From Candidatus Nomurabacteria bacterium (GTDB taxonomy: Bacteria; Patescibacteriota; Minisyncoccia; Phycocordibacterales; UBA918): a stretch of DNA of 64,000 bases. The stretch covers positions 557,634 through 621,633 of the forward strand of contig CP060227.1 of assembly GCA_023898525.1 (NCBI GenBank), given 5' to 3'. Under the pieces are notes generated by a model. The model made no database searches, was not told where the DNA came from, and saw nothing but the letters and a program-made list of their open reading frames with translations. Position numbers and translations under genes: made by a program. Positions 63,598-64,000 of this stretch are shown piece after piece (position 1 is the first letter of the stretch; every line of letters begins with the position of its first letter).

Positions 63598-63954
63598 ATG
63601 AAACAGCAAACTCTATTACCAATTCTTGTTTCCGTCTTAGCGCTACTATTTCTTGATCCGTTTCATATCTTGATGCCGGATGGGATGGAGATGGTGCTGC
63701 TTGGCGTGCTCATGTTGTCTACTATTTCTTATGGATTGTTTATTTACAACGAGCGTCCACAAGATGAACGTGAGGTGTCGATCAGAGCTTTTGTTGACCA
63801 CACTACTTACCTAGTTGGAATGGTTCTCTTGGTGGTGGCTATTGCCTATCGTTTGATTGTTGATGGGCACGTTTACCCAGAAATTATTTTGATACTGGTT
63901 ATAATGATAATTTCAAAAACTATCGCTCATTCCTACGCTTGTAAAAACCGGTAG
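63598..63954 (+). CDS. Small three-TM membrane protein partnered with the XRE regulator.
   Basis: Hydrophobic profile. It starts 7 nt after the XRE gene, a common two-gene module. Confidence 0.5.
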   Translation: MKQQTLLPILVSVLALLFLDPFHILMPDGMEMVLLGVLMLSTISYGLFIYNERPQDEREVSIRAFVDHTTYLVGMVLLVVAIAYRLIVDGHVYPEIILILVIMIISKTIAHSYACKNR

Positions 63955-64000
63955 AAGTAGAAGATTAAATCATTACAATTTTTCTTTTAATTCTCGGATG

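Noticed and set aside
1-64000. Alternative genetic code (UGA=Gly, code 25) as used by some CPR lineages.
   Set aside because: Long conserved proteins (PolA 808 aa, DnaA, the PBP, HsdR) are full length under the standard code. Genes terminate at TGA, TAA and TAG alike.
1-64000. CRISPR arrays or cas genes.
   Set aside because: No regularly spaced direct repeats of 25-40 bp were seen. The only tandem repeat is the 11-bp duplication at 14679-14707, and the other repeats are inverted (terminator palindromes).

Overview
The window reads like a streamlined, AT-rich Patescibacteria/CPR chromosome (probably Saccharibacteria-like) using the standard genetic code. Long conserved genes such as polA, dnaA and the class A PBP are intact with TGA, TAA and TAG all behaving as stops. 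Part of the window is ordinary core genome: the rpmH-rnpA-yidC / dnaA-dnaN origin neighbourhood, ruvA and ruvB-yebC-ruvC, polA-tsaE, murE, a class A PBP, rpsT, an oxidative pentose-phosphate operon (zwf-gnd-pgl), a type IV pilus/T2SS ATPase and a tRNA-Lys. The rest is accessory. (i) Positions 1-12.6 kb look like a mobile-element / defence island: a ParB-like nuclease with unknown partners, a GC-richer DUF305 metal module, and a complete type I R-M operon (hsdR-hsdM-hsdS) carrying a restriction-linked RloC/PrrC-like anticodon-nuclease ATPase, an Xis-like HTH gene and the remnant of a large serine recombinase. (ii) A 9-gene type IV secretion-like operon at 51.6-60.8 kb contains a PrgI/VirB3-like protein, a VirB4 ATPase split by a single in-frame TAA, a VirB6-like polytopic protein and a pilin-like protein. 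(iii) A 944-aa M23-peptidase/RTX-repeat protein lacks a signal peptide. (iv) A cluster of paralogous membrane-anchored proteins has duplicated 5' regions. (v) A secreted-protein gene is disrupted by an 11-bp tandem duplication. Intrinsic terminators in this genome are unusually long perfect palindromes; one of them incorporates the 3' end of the tRNA. A 410-bp convergent intergenic region contains a candidate structured ncRNA. All calls rest on motif recognition by eye, and no database search was possible.
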